From an uncultured Candidatus Saccharibacteria bacterium (GTDB lineage: Bacteria > Patescibacteriota > Minisyncoccia > UBA6257), in NCBI GenBank assembly GCA_964618625.1, contig CAZUBI010000001.1, positions 396,901 to 460,900 of the forward strand: 64,000 nucleotides of DNA. The letters are read 5' to 3'. Position 1 is the stretch's first letter. The number at the start of each line of letters is the position of its first letter. The translations under genes and the position numbers were made by a program. Below are positions 10,062 to 19,145 of this stretch, in pieces. The notes under the pieces are model-generated. The model was not told the DNA's origin. It ran no database searches and saw only the letters and a program-made list of their open reading frames with translations.

Positions 10062-11096
10062 ATGGCTGGATTAGTACGGAATAATAAATATTGTCAGTTG
10101 GAAAAAAGAGTTATTTTTCATATTGGCGGACAATATCGATTTTTATTAAAAGCGAAAAAGAATCTAAAATTATCTTGGTTTTTGTTCGCACATGAAATCA
10201 GAGTAAATCAAAGAACACTTAATGATTGGAAAAGAGAGAAATATTCTTTGCCTTACGATATTTTTCAAAAAATTTCTAAGATTACAAAATCGAAAATACC
10301 ACATGGAATAAAGATTAAAGAACCTTTTTGGTATGTTCGTAAAGGAGCTAAGCTTGGTGGTATTGCTGTTTATAAAAAATATGGAAAAATTGGTGGCGAC
10401 CCAGAGATACGAAAACAGAAATGGTTAGAGTGGTGGGAAAGAGAAGGTAAATATAATCCAAAAGAATATTTTGTAACAAAGGAAATTATTGCACCACAAA
10501 AAGGAGTTGATTTATCTGAATTTGTTGGAATTATGATTGGAGATGGCGGGATTACTAATAAACAAGTTGTTGTAACCCTTAATAATAAAACAGATAAACT
10601 TTATAGCGTTTTTGTAGAAGATCTTATAAATAGACTTTTTGGGGTAAAAGCAAGTATGAATATTAGAAAAGAAGAATCTGTTGTTAATATTACTGTTTCA
10701 CGCATACGCTTAGTAGCTTTTTGCAAATCGATAGGTCTTAAGATTGGAAATAAGTTAAAACAAAATTTGGATATTCCTGCATGGGTTAAAAAAGATAAAA
10801 GTTTTAAAGTATCTTGTTTAAGGGGTTTAGTAGATACAGATGGTTGTTTTTTTGTTGAGCGTCATAAAATTAATAAGAAAAAATACTGTTATCCTAGATT
10901 GTCTTTCGTAAGTTATTCTAAACAACTCCGTGCTTCAGCTTTTAAGATATTAAAAGAATTAGAATTTTCGCCTAACATTCGTAGTAATAGAAGCGTGCAA
11001 TTAGAAAATATAGCAGACATTAAAAAATATTTTAATTTAGTAGGTACTCATAATCCAAAACATAAAGAGAGATTTAGATTATTTTTGGAGGGGTAG
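10062..11096 (+). CDS. Double-motif LAGLIDADG endonuclease-family protein with N-terminal HTH-like region
   Basis: LSEFVGIMIGDG and SCLRGLVDTDG motifs; stop codon inside tRNA-Ser(TGA). Confidence 0.85.
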   Translation: MAGLVRNNKYCQLEKRVIFHIGGQYRFLLKAKKNLKLSWFLFAHEIRVNQRTLNDWKREKYSLPYDIFQKISKITKSKIPHGIKIKEPFWYVRKGAKLGGIAVYKKYGKIGGDPEIRKQKWLEWWEREGKYNPKEYFVTKEIIAPQKGVDLSEFVGIMIGDGGITNKQVVVTLNNKTDKLYSVFVEDLINRLFGVKASMNIRKEESVVNITVSRIRLVAFCKSIGLKIGNKLKQNLDIPAWVKKDKSFKVSCLRGLVDTDGCFFVERHKINKKKYCYPRLSFVSYSKQLRASAFKILKELEFSPNIRSNRSVQLENIADIKKYFNLVGTHNPKHKERFRLFLEG

Positions 11097-11175
11097 GGAG
11101 TGGTTATCCCAAGCGGTTTTGAAAACCGCTATTCGTTTACACGGATCGTGGGTTCGAATCCCACCCCCTCCGCCA
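11087..11175 (+). tRNA. tRNA-Ser(TGA)
   Basis: GGAGGGG acceptor, GCGGT-TTTGAAA-ACCGC, long variable arm, G73-CCA. Confidence 0.92.
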
Positions 11176-11186
11176 TATTTATTAAT

Positions 11187-12668
11187 ATGAAAGATAAAAG
11201 CAAACAATTAGGTTTGGTTTCTCGTCCTCCGATTATTGTAGTTTTGGGACATGTTGATCATGGCAAGACAAGTCTTTTAGATTATATAAAAAAAACTAAA
11301 ATTGCTGAAAAAGAATCAGGTGGAATTACTCAACATATTGGTGCTTATGAAATAGAGATAAAAGATAAAAAGATTACTTTTATTGATACTCCTGGGCATG
11401 AAGCATTTTCTAAAATTCGTTCTAGGGGAGCAAAAGTCGCTGATATTGCTCTTTTAGTAGTTGCCGCTGATGAAGGGGTAAAAGTGCAAACTAAAGAATC
11501 ATTAAAAGATATAAAAAAAGTTCAAATTCCTTATATCGTAGCAATTACTAAAATTGATAAGGAAGGGACTAATTTAGAAAAAGTAAAAAACGAATTATCA
11601 GAAGCAGGCGTATTATTAGAAGGCCGTGGTGGCGATATTCCTTTTGTAGGCGTTTCTTCAAAAACAGGGCAAGGCATTGATGAACTTTTAGAACTTATTC
11701 TTTTGTTATCAGAGATGCAGGAATTAAAAGCTGATCCAAACAATCAAGCCATAGGATTTGTAATAGAGTCTCATCTAGATAGGTCTAGAGGAAATACAGC
11801 TAGCTTAATTATTACTGATGGAACTTTACATCTTAAAGATGAAATTATAGTGGATCAGATAAAAATAGGAAAGGTAAAGATTCTAGAAAATTTCAAAGGG
11901 GAATCTATTTCAGAGGCAACTTTTTCTTCACCTGTAAGAGTTCTTGGCTTTGAAACATCAGTACCAGTTGGAGCGAAACTTTCAGCAGGTGGTCTTAAAG
12001 ATAAAACAATGGCATCTGCTCAAGAATCAAAAACAATTGGTAAGGAATTAGGAAGTCACGATTCAAAAATTAAAATTCCTCTTATTATTAAAAGTGATGC
12101 TTCTGGTTCGGGCGAGGCGTTAGAACAAGTTATAGTGCAATTAGGAAAAAAGAACGATTGGCTTTTTTTCCTTTTGAAAAACGAGACTGGTGATATCTCT
12201 GAAAGTGATTTTAAGATAATACCTTTAGGGAAAACTTTAATCATAGGTTTTCGAGTTAGAAAAAGACCTGAAATAAATAATATTCTTTTAACTAATAAGA
12301 ATTTACTATTGATTGAAGGGGATATTATTTATGAAATAGAAAATAAAATTAAAGAATTGGTAGAAAATAAATTTGTAAAAAAACCAACTGAAGAAATACT
12401 TGGGAAATTGGAAGTTTTAGCTGTGTTTAACCCTATAAAAGGTAGTCAATTAATTGGAGGGAAAGTTGTTGAAGGTAATGTTCAAAATAAAATTCGTTTT
12501 CGTTTAGTGCGTAATGAAGAAATTATAAGCCAAGGAAAAATTTTAAACTTACAAAAGAATAAGGTAGATATAACAGAAGTAAAGATTGGAGGAGAATGTG
12601 GTTTATTAATAAATTGCCCAGAAAAAGCAGAACAAGGAGATTTACTTGAATTTTTTAGAAAAATTTAA
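11187..12668 (+). CDS. infB: Translation initiation factor IF-2 (short form lacking the N-terminal domain)
   Basis: [38 protein letters not shown]; start moved to ATG 11187, downstream of the tRNA. Confidence 0.94.
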   Translation: MKDKSKQLGLVSRPPIIVVLGHVDHGKTSLLDYIKKTKIAEKESGGITQHIGAYEIEIKDKKITFIDTPGHEAFSKIRSRGAKVADIALLVVAADEGVKVQTKESLKDIKKVQIPYIVAITKIDKEGTNLEKVKNELSEAGVLLEGRGGDIPFVGVSSKTGQGIDELLELILLLSEMQELKADPNNQAIGFVIESHLDRSRGNTASLIITDGTLHLKDEIIVDQIKIGKVKILENFKGESISEATFSSPVRVLGFETSVPVGAKLSAGGLKDKTMASAQESKTIGKELGSHDSKIKIPLIIKSDASGSGEALEQVIVQLGKKNDWLFFLLKNETGDISESDFKIIPLGKTLIIGFRVRKRPEINNILLTNKNLLLIEGDIIYEIENKIKELVENKFVKKPTEEILGKLEVLAVFNPIKGSQLIGGKVVEGNVQNKIRFRLVRNEEIISQGKILNLQKNKVDITEVKIGGECGLLINCPEKAEQGDLLEFFRKI

Positions 12669-12683
12669 TATGATTATACTAAC

Positions 12684-12755
12684 GGCCTAGTGGCGAAGTG
12701 GTAACGCGACTGTCTGCAAAACAGTTATGCGTCGGTTCGAATCCGACCTAGGCCT
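12684..12755 (+). tRNA. tRNA-Cys(GCA)
   Basis: Cloverleaf; loop CTGCAAA; U73. Confidence 0.94.
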
Positions 12756-12782
12756 CAAGATTTACCAGTTGGTAAATTAATT

Positions 12783-12870
12783 GCCGGGGTGGTGGAATTG
12801 CTAGACACGAAGGATTTAAAATCCTTTGGAGGAATACTCCGTGCGGGTTGGAGTCCCGCCCTCGGCACCA
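12783..12870 (+). tRNA. tRNA-Leu(TAA) with swapped C19:G56 pair
   Basis: AAGGA-TTTAAAA-TCCTT, long variable arm, A73-CCA; D-loop TTGCTA, T-loop TTGGAGT. Confidence 0.9.
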
Positions 12871-12881
12871 TTTGAAATTTT

Positions 12882-13634
12882 ATGGGAGGTTTATTTACAA
12901 AACATATTAATCAAGATTTTTTTAAAACTTGGACATATGAAATGAGTTATGTTTTGGGTTATATTACTGCTGATGGTTGTATTACCGTGAGTAAAGATAG
13001 AACAAAACACCCTTTTTCATTAAATATTACTTCTATTGATAAAAAACATTTATATAGGATTAGAAAAGTATTAGAATCTGAGCATAAAGTTGGTAGGAAG
13101 TCAGCAGGGAGATTAAATGCTTTTGCCTATCAATTAGTCATACGCAACCCAGTTATAACTAGAGACTTGATGGATTTGGGAATATTACCTAGAAAGACTT
13201 ATAATTTAGGACCTATTGAAGTTCCGAAGAAATATTTCCCTGACTTTGTTCGTGGATTTTTTGATGGAGACGGAACAGTTTATATTTATAAAGTTAATGG
13301 AACACGACAAATTAAAGCTGGCTTCGTAAGTTCAAGTTTGCCTTTTATAACGAGATTTAATCAACAGCTTTGCGAAAGTCTAAATATTTCTATAAAATCT
13401 ATTCACAAAACAATTGATAGACGAAAAAATAGGATGATTCAATATAATATTTGTTTCTATATTGATGATTGTGAGAAATTGAGCGACTTTATGTATGGAA
13501 ATAATTCAACTTTATTTTTGCCTCGTAAATATAGAATTTTTAAGAAATGGAAGTCAATGAAAAGACGACATTATGTAAAGCAAAATTATCCCTCAAAAAT
13601 CGGCTGGCGGTTAAATGAAAAAGTCACTGTTTAA
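12882..13634 (+). CDS. Double-motif LAGLIDADG endonuclease-family protein
   Basis: SYVLGYITADG and DFVRGFFDGDG motifs; starts 11 nt after the tRNA-Leu CCA. Confidence 0.88.
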   Translation: MGGLFTKHINQDFFKTWTYEMSYVLGYITADGCITVSKDRTKHPFSLNITSIDKKHLYRIRKVLESEHKVGRKSAGRLNAFAYQLVIRNPVITRDLMDLGILPRKTYNLGPIEVPKKYFPDFVRGFFDGDGTVYIYKVNGTRQIKAGFVSSSLPFITRFNQQLCESLNISIKSIHKTIDRRKNRMIQYNICFYIDDCEKLSDFMYGNNSTLFLPRKYRIFKKWKSMKRRHYVKQNYPSKIGWRLNEKVTV

Positions 13635-13700
13635 AGAATTAACGAAATATTAATTAAAGAATTTATCGTTAAAGTAAGATTTGGAATTGTATAACAATAC

Positions 13701-13731
13701 AAAAACACCCTGTCTTTGGCAGGATGTTTTT
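13701..13731. terminator. Bidirectional intrinsic terminator
   Basis: AAAAACACCCTGTC-TTT-GGCAGGATGTTTTT between convergent genes. Confidence 0.6.
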
Positions 13732-13758
13732 AATTATCTTGTTATTAATATTAGGTAG

Positions 13759-14262
13759 TTATCTCAATATTTCCATTATTGTTTCTTTAATTCCGAACTC
13801 TTTTGCCGATTCTCTGTCAGGAAACCAGATATCTACTCTCGTATCAGTAAAACGATTATGCATTTTGTCGTCAACAGTAAAAATTTTATCCCTAAATAAT
13901 TCAGGGAATCTTACTTTTGTTCCAAATGGTAGAAAATTAGAGGCGACAATTCCATCATAAACCCAAGCGCCAGAAGCAGTGATGAATGGAGTATCATCTG
14001 TTTGGTCAGGAGTGGAAGAATAGGCTGTTACAGTAATTTTTCTCGTTTCAATTGAAGGCTGAAGAGAATTTGCTGTAGTAAAGAAAGTATCACTTGAATT
14101 ATGGTAAAATTCTTCATCAGTGCTAAGAATTTCTTGTTCAGAGCTATTAATAATAGTGGATGGCGAGCCTTCTACTATTAATCCTGACAAAGGGCTAAAA
14201 AAGCTAAAACTTAAGACCATAGCAAGGATTCCAGCTTTCGTGACTCTATTAAGAATATTCAT
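13759..14262 (-). CDS. 3D (Asp-Asp-Asp) domain secreted protein
   Basis: N-terminal hydrophobic signal; TVTAYSS, TASG, VASNFLPFGT, VDD, RVDIWF. Confidence 0.85.
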   Translation of the reverse strand: MNILNRVTKAGILAMVLSFSFFSPLSGLIVEGSPSTIINSSEQEILSTDEEFYHNSSDTFFTTANSLQPSIETRKITVTAYSSTPDQTDDTPFITASGAWVYDGIVASNFLPFGTKVRFPELFRDKIFTVDDKMHNRFTDTRVDIWFPDRESAKEFGIKETIMEILR

Positions 14263-14334
14263 AATATTTTAATTCCGCATTAAAAAACTCCCTTCTTGGG
14301 AGACTTTTTAGATTCTATCATATAAATAACTTTT

Positions 14335-14449
14335 GTCAACCCCCACACTATAACAAGGACTGGTTTTACCCCCACAACACCTATGCATAAGTGTGGGGGT
14401 TGATCAAATTGATGCCTTCGGCATTTGTCCTTATTTGGTGTGAGGGTCA
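14335..14449. repeat. Nested palindromic element (CCCCCACAC/GTGTGGGGG)
   Basis: TCAACCCCCACACT...AGTGTGGGGGTTGA inverted repeat plus a second arm GTCCTTATTTGGTGTGAGGG. Confidence 0.6.
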
Positions 14450-14523
14450 AGGTTTTGGTTGCATTTTTATTATTTTTTAGATAAACTTAATAACATAGAT
14501 CTTATTAGATTTATATTTTGATT

Positions 14524-14613
14524 GGAGGAGTGCGCCGAATGGTAAGGCAGCAGATTGCTAATCTGTGACGGTGTAAAAGCCGTTTGCGGGTTCGACTCCC
14601 GCCTCCTCCGCCA
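14524..14613 (+). tRNA. tRNA-Ser(GCT)
   Basis: GGAGGAG acceptor, loop TTGCTAA, long variable arm, G73-CCA. Confidence 0.95.
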
Positions 14614-14773
14614 TAACAACTTAGTATCGGATAGGCCTATTTAGTTGAGATAGCAGGGCGACACGAGTGGTTCGAATTCAAGTCCCCCAGCCGTCTAGTT
14701 TTTATCAAGAGACCGAGAAAATCGTATATTAAACACTTTTTCGAGTTTAGTTTGCTTCCTGCCTCCTCTGCCA
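14614..14773 (+). mobile_element. Collapsed island remnant bounded by a duplicated tRNA-Ser 3' end
   Basis: TCCTGCCTCCTCTGCCA (14757-14773) repeats the tRNA end TCCCGCCTCCTCCGCCA; contains a tRNA-Gln-like 3' fragment at 14664-14691. Confidence 0.55.
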
Positions 14774-14778
14774 AGTTT

Positions 14779-14802
14779 AAAAAGTCCCATAAAGGGACTT
14801 TT
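14779..14802 (+). terminator. Intrinsic terminator
   Basis: AAAAGTCCC-ATAAA-GGGACTTTT. Confidence 0.7.
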
Positions 14803-14858
14803 CTGATTTTGAATGTTGCTTTAGCAAATAAATTATGATAATATAAAGATATTAAAAT

Positions 14859-15119
14859 ATGCTTACTGCAAAACAAAAAGAAAAAGTTATTGAGGAGTTT
14901 GCCACTCATAAGAAAGACACTGGATCGCCTGAGGTGCAAATTGCTTTATTAACAAAAGAAATAAAATTATTAAGTACGCATTTAAAAAAACATCCAAAAG
15001 ATTACCATTCAAGGAGAGGTCTTTTGGGGATGGTTTCTGACAGAAGAAGACTCCTTTCTTATTTAAAAAAAGTATCGCTTCGTCGTTATAATAAAACGAT
15101 GAAGAAACTTGGTTTATAA
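14859..15119 (+). CDS. rpsO: 30S ribosomal protein S15
   Basis: [25 protein letters not shown]. Confidence 0.97.
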   Translation: MLTAKQKEKVIEEFATHKKDTGSPEVQIALLTKEIKLLSTHLKKHPKDYHSRRGLLGMVSDRRRLLSYLKKVSLRRYNKTMKKLGL

Positions 15120-15128
15120 TTTTAATTT

Positions 15129-15698
15129 ATGCTTATCAGACACAAAAACCAGCGCGTAGCGGTTTTGATAGATGTTCAAAATCTTTATCATTCTGCAAAG
15201 AATCTTTATGGCGCCAGAGTAAATTTTAAGAATCTTCTTTTAGAAGCAACAGCTGGTCGTCAGTTAATTAGAGCAATTGCATATGCGACTAAAGCCGATG
15301 AACCTGGCGAGGCTTCTTTTTTTGATGCTTTAGAAAAAGCCGGGATTGAAGTTCGATTAAAGGATTTGCAAGTTTATCCTGATGGAACAAAAAAGGGAGA
15401 TTGGGATGTAGGATTGGCAGTAGATGCTATCAGGTTATGCGCCAATATTGATGTGATAGTTTTAGTAACTGGAGATGGAGATTTTATTCCCATGGTTGAA
15501 TACTTAAAAGCACTAGGAAAACATGTAGAACTTATGGGTTTTGGGAAAACTTCTTCCTTCCATTTAAAAGAATTAGTTAATGAGTTTACAGATTTAGATT
15601 CTCGCCCAGATTATTTTCTTTTTAAATCCCAAAAACAGAGTTTTGCAAAAAAATTGCCTAATATTATTAAAAGCAGGTTGAGAAGGCATAACAAATAA
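15129..15698 (+). CDS. NYN domain protein (LabA/DUF88 family)
   Basis: LIDVQN, KGDWDVGLAVDA, LVTGDGDF. Confidence 0.9.
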   Translation: MLIRHKNQRVAVLIDVQNLYHSAKNLYGARVNFKNLLLEATAGRQLIRAIAYATKADEPGEASFFDALEKAGIEVRLKDLQVYPDGTKKGDWDVGLAVDAIRLCANIDVIVLVTGDGDFIPMVEYLKALGKHVELMGFGKTSSFHLKELVNEFTDLDSRPDYFLFKSQKQSFAKKLPNIIKSRLRRHNK

Positions 15699-15728
15699 AA
15701 CAAATAAAACAGAATTAGGATAATATTA

Positions 15729-17846
15729 ATGGAAAAAAAAGAATATCAATTAAAAATTGGAGATAAGATTATAAGTGTAGAATTTTCTAATCTTGTCGAA
15801 CAGTCTAATGGTTCAGTAATGGTAAGAATGGGAGATACTGTGGTATTGGCTTCTGCGGTTATGGGCAAGGAAGACAGAATGGATTTAGATTACTTTCCCC
15901 TTATGGTCAATTACGAAGAAAAATATTATGCTGCTGGTAAAATTTACGGCAGTCGTTTCCTTAGAAGAGAATCCAGGCCATCAGACAGCGCAATTTTGAC
16001 TAGTCGCCTTATAGACAGAACTATTAGGCCTCTTTTTCCCGCTGATATGAGAAGAGATGTTCAGATTGTGATTACTTGTTTATCAATTGATGAGGAGAAT
16101 GATCCTGATATTTTAGGGATTATTGCCGCTTCATTGGCTTTAGGTACTTCCAATATTCCATGGCAAGGACCAATAGCGGCAGTGAGAATTAGTTGGTCAG
16201 AAAAAACAGGATTTGTTATTAATCCAATTTACAAACAAAGAGAGGAAGCGCTATTAAATATGGTAGTTTCAGGCCCCGATAATGTAATAAATATGCTAGA
16301 GGCAGAATCTAAGGAGGTTGCAGAGGATATTGTCAAAGAGGCTATGGGAATCGCTCAAAAAGAAATTACGGAGCTTAATAAAGGAGTAAATAATATTATT
16401 ACGAAAGAGGGCTCTTCTAAAGATAGAGTTATCTTAAAAGAATATGACAAAAATATTAAAGAAGAAGTAAAGAACTTTTTAAAAGACAAATTAGAATCTG
16501 CTATTTATGTTGTAGATAAAACCGAAAGAGAAAATAAACTATCATTTTTAAAAGAAGAATTAATAAGCCATCTTCATGATAAAGATTATTCAGAAGAGAG
16601 TTTAATTGGTGCTAAATCTATTTTTGAACAAGAAATTGACGAAGTTGTGCATAAAAATATTTTAGAGAAAGATAAAAGGCCTGATTCGCGAAAATTAGAT
16701 GAAATTAGGCCCTTGGAAGTGGCTATAGATATTTTGCCGCGGCCTCATGGTTCAGCTTTATTTATGAGAGGTAAAACTCACGTTTTGTCAGTTGTTACTT
16801 TAGGTTCTCCTGGTGATGTTTTGCTTTTACAGGGAATGGAAATTTCAGGAGAAAAAAGATTTTTGCATCATTATAATTTTCCAGCTTATTCATCAGGGGA
16901 GATAGCGCCTTTAAGAGGTCCAGGCAGGAGAGAAATTGGGCATGGCGCCTTAGGTGAAAAGGCCATTTTACCAATGATTCCTTTGCAGGAAGAATTTCCT
17001 TATACAATTCGGGTAGTTTCAGAAATTTTATCTTCAAATGGCTCTACTTCCATGGCAGCTACTTGTGCTTCATCATTAGCTTTAATGGCTAGCGGAGTGC
17101 CAATTAAAGAGCATGTTGCTGGAATTTCTATGGGTTTGATAATGGGTGAAGAGAATAGGTATAAAATTTTAACTGATATTCAAGGGTTTGAAGATCATTA
17201 TGGAGATATGGATTTTAAAGCAGCTGGAACTAAAAATGGAATAACCGCTTTACAAATAGATGTGAAAATAAAAGGAGTAGAATCAAAGGTTTTGTCAGAA
17301 ATTTTAGATAAAGCTAAAAATGCAAGACTTTTTATTTTAGAAAAAATGAATGAAGTTATTTCTGAGTCAAGAAAAAATCTTTCTCCTTTTGCTCCAAGAA
17401 TATTTACTCTTAAAATAAAACAAGAACAAATAGGTAGCCTTATTGGTCCTGGTGGTAAAATTATAAATAAGATTATTGAAGATACTGGTGCTGCTATTGA
17501 TATTAATGATGATGGCACTATTTTTGTGACAGCTCCTGATGAAGAAAAAGCTCAGTCAGCAATTTCCAGAATTAAAGAAGTAACCAAAGAATTTTTAGCA
17601 GGGGAATTGGTGCAAGGGACAGTGTCAGAAATTAGAGATTTTGGGGCCATTATAAATTTAGGCGGTCGCAAAGAAGGTCTTCTTCATATTTCAGAACTAG
17701 CTTCTCGTCATGTAGCTAAGGTAGAAGATGTTGTTCACTTAGGCGATGTTTTAAAGTTAAAAATTAGAAAAGTGGAACCAAATGGCAAGATCTCTCTTTC
17801 TTTGAAAGATGTTTCTGATCAAAATGATAAAAGTAAATTTTCTTGA
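15729..17846 (+). CDS. pnp: Polyribonucleotide nucleotidyltransferase
   Basis: SRLIDRTIRPLF, RREIGHG, SNGSTSMA, GDMDFK, KH and S1 domains. Confidence 0.97.
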   Translation: MEKKEYQLKIGDKIISVEFSNLVEQSNGSVMVRMGDTVVLASAVMGKEDRMDLDYFPLMVNYEEKYYAAGKIYGSRFLRRESRPSDSAILTSRLIDRTIRPLFPADMRRDVQIVITCLSIDEENDPDILGIIAASLALGTSNIPWQGPIAAVRISWSEKTGFVINPIYKQREEALLNMVVSGPDNVINMLEAESKEVAEDIVKEAMGIAQKEITELNKGVNNIITKEGSSKDRVILKEYDKNIKEEVKNFLKDKLESAIYVVDKTERENKLSFLKEELISHLHDKDYSEESLIGAKSIFEQEIDEVVHKNILEKDKRPDSRKLDEIRPLEVAIDILPRPHGSALFMRGKTHVLSVVTLGSPGDVLLLQGMEISGEKRFLHHYNFPAYSSGEIAPLRGPGRREIGHGALGEKAILPMIPLQEEFPYTIRVVSEILSSNGSTSMAATCASSLALMASGVPIKEHVAGISMGLIMGEENRYKILTDIQGFEDHYGDMDFKAAGTKNGITALQIDVKIKGVESKVLSEILDKAKNARLFILEKMNEVISESRKNLSPFAPRIFTLKIKQEQIGSLIGPGGKIINKIIEDTGAAIDINDDGTIFVTAPDEEKAQSAISRIKEVTKEFLAGELVQGTVSEIRDFGAIINLGGRKEGLLHISELASRHVAKVEDVVHLGDVLKLKIRKVEPNGKISLSLKDVSDQNDKSKFS

Positions 17847-17910
17847 CATTTGTTTTTATGGTACAATATAAATAAATATGAGCAAGCTTAAACTTTAATT
17901 TTTTAAAAAC

Positions 17911-19062
17911 ATGCCAGAAAATTTTTCTTTACCTTCTAATGTTTCTAATGAAGATTCTGGAGTAAAACCAGAACAATCTTCTGAGCAAGTTCCTGAGAAA
18001 CAGGAACCAGCACAAAGATTTTCTCCCCCACCTTCAAATGTTTTTATAAGAACATCACAGTCAGACTTAGAAAAGATTAAATCTGAAGGAGGGGCAATTT
18101 CAGGAATGCCGCCTCCACCTTCTTCACCGCCTCCCGTTACTCCTACACCTACTCCTGTTCCTCCTATGGAACAGGAACCCAGTGTGCAAGGTGTGCAAGC
18201 AGAGCCTGGTATACAACCAGAACCGGCTTTTTCTGAATCAGAGCCTTCTTTTGCGCCAGAAGCGCCAGTTGGAATATCTGAGTTTCCAACTACTGAGGCA
18301 GAACCTCCACAGAAAAATAAATTATTGCCTTTTATCATTATAGGTGTATTAATTGTGGCAGTAGCTGCATTAGGATATTTTTATCTTTGGCCTAAGTTTT
18401 TTGAAGCTAAACCTGTTGTTACTACTACGACAACCACAACTACAAGTACAACAACTACAACTTTAGCTGCTTCGCCATATCCTCAAATCAGTGGTCCGTT
18501 TCAAAAATCCCTTTTTAATATAGAAATCAGCGGTTCAGACATTGTTAAAGCCATAAAAGATACAGCCACTTCTGAAATGGCTGCTCCTGGAACTTTCAAA
18601 ATTCTTATTCCTAAAGTACACAATGATGCTCTTACAAATGAAGAAGTAGTTCTTTCTCTTATTCCGCAACTGCCAACAAGATTAAAGCCTTATATGTTGG
18701 CCCGTAAATACCTAGTTTATTCTTATTATGGGGAAGTTAATCCATCGCTTGGTTTAATTATTGATATTGGAGAAGAAAGCAAGGAGGAAGTAAAATCTAT
18801 TTTCTTAGCTTGGGAAAAAAGATTAGGAATTTTGAATGATTTAAAAGATTTCTTCCTTGTAAGTATTCCTAAGAAAACTGTTAATGATTTTAAAGAAACT
18901 ACTAATGCAGGTGCAGAAATTCGTTACTTTACTTATTCTGGAGAAGAAGCGGCTATTACTTATGCTTTTTCTGATAAATATCTTATAATGAGTTCTTCTT
19001 TGGAGTCAGTAAATAGCGCTATTTCCCATCTTCAGGGTATAACTGAACCTATCTATCCATAA
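17911..19062 (+). CDS. Single-pass membrane protein with Pro/Glu-rich N-terminus and Thr-rich linker
   Basis: Low-complexity N-terminus, one TM helix, TTTTTTTTTSTTTTT tract. Confidence 0.75.
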   Translation: MPENFSLPSNVSNEDSGVKPEQSSEQVPEKQEPAQRFSPPPSNVFIRTSQSDLEKIKSEGGAISGMPPPPSSPPPVTPTPTPVPPMEQEPSVQGVQAEPGIQPEPAFSESEPSFAPEAPVGISEFPTTEAEPPQKNKLLPFIIIGVLIVAVAALGYFYLWPKFFEAKPVVTTTTTTTTSTTTTTLAASPYPQISGPFQKSLFNIEISGSDIVKAIKDTATSEMAAPGTFKILIPKVHNDALTNEEVVLSLIPQLPTRLKPYMLARKYLVYSYYGEVNPSLGLIIDIGEESKEEVKSIFLAWEKRLGILNDLKDFFLVSIPKKTVNDFKETTNAGAEIRYFTYSGEEAAITYAFSDKYLIMSSSLESVNSAISHLQGITEPIYP

Positions 19063-19107
19063 GAACTTGCTTCGCAGGACCTTGTTTCTCACTTTGCTCG
19101 AAATAAA
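19061..19107 (+). repeat. Dispersed repeat family B, copy 1
   Basis: ACCTTGTTTCTCACTTTGCTCGAAATAAA, identical at 47890-47918; variants at 45122, 45423 and 45978. Confidence 0.85.
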
Positions 19108-19145
19108 TTGCTTTTTAGTTTAGTTTAAGATAAAATAGTATTGCT

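Noticed and set aside
9993-11086. Group I intron or intein hosting the LAGLIDADG genes
   Set aside because: Flanking tRNAs are intact, and the non-coding flanks are short or AT-rich with no recognisable ribozyme core.
11100-11186. N-terminal extensions of infB, recG (32773-32823) and rnj (43376-43477) in the ORF track
   Set aside because: They run through tRNA genes; downstream ATGs give normal proteins.
14637-14939. 100-aa minus-strand ORF
   Set aside because: Overlaps rpsO antisense, a terminator and tRNA-like fragments.
15729-17846. Genetic code 25 (UGA = Gly)
   Set aside because: Core genes are full length in code 11, and TGA ends pnp and the AI-2E gene.
18421-18462. Thr-codon tract as a phase-variable repeat
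   Set aside because: Codons are mixed (ACT/ACG/ACA/ACC), consistent with a protein-level linker.
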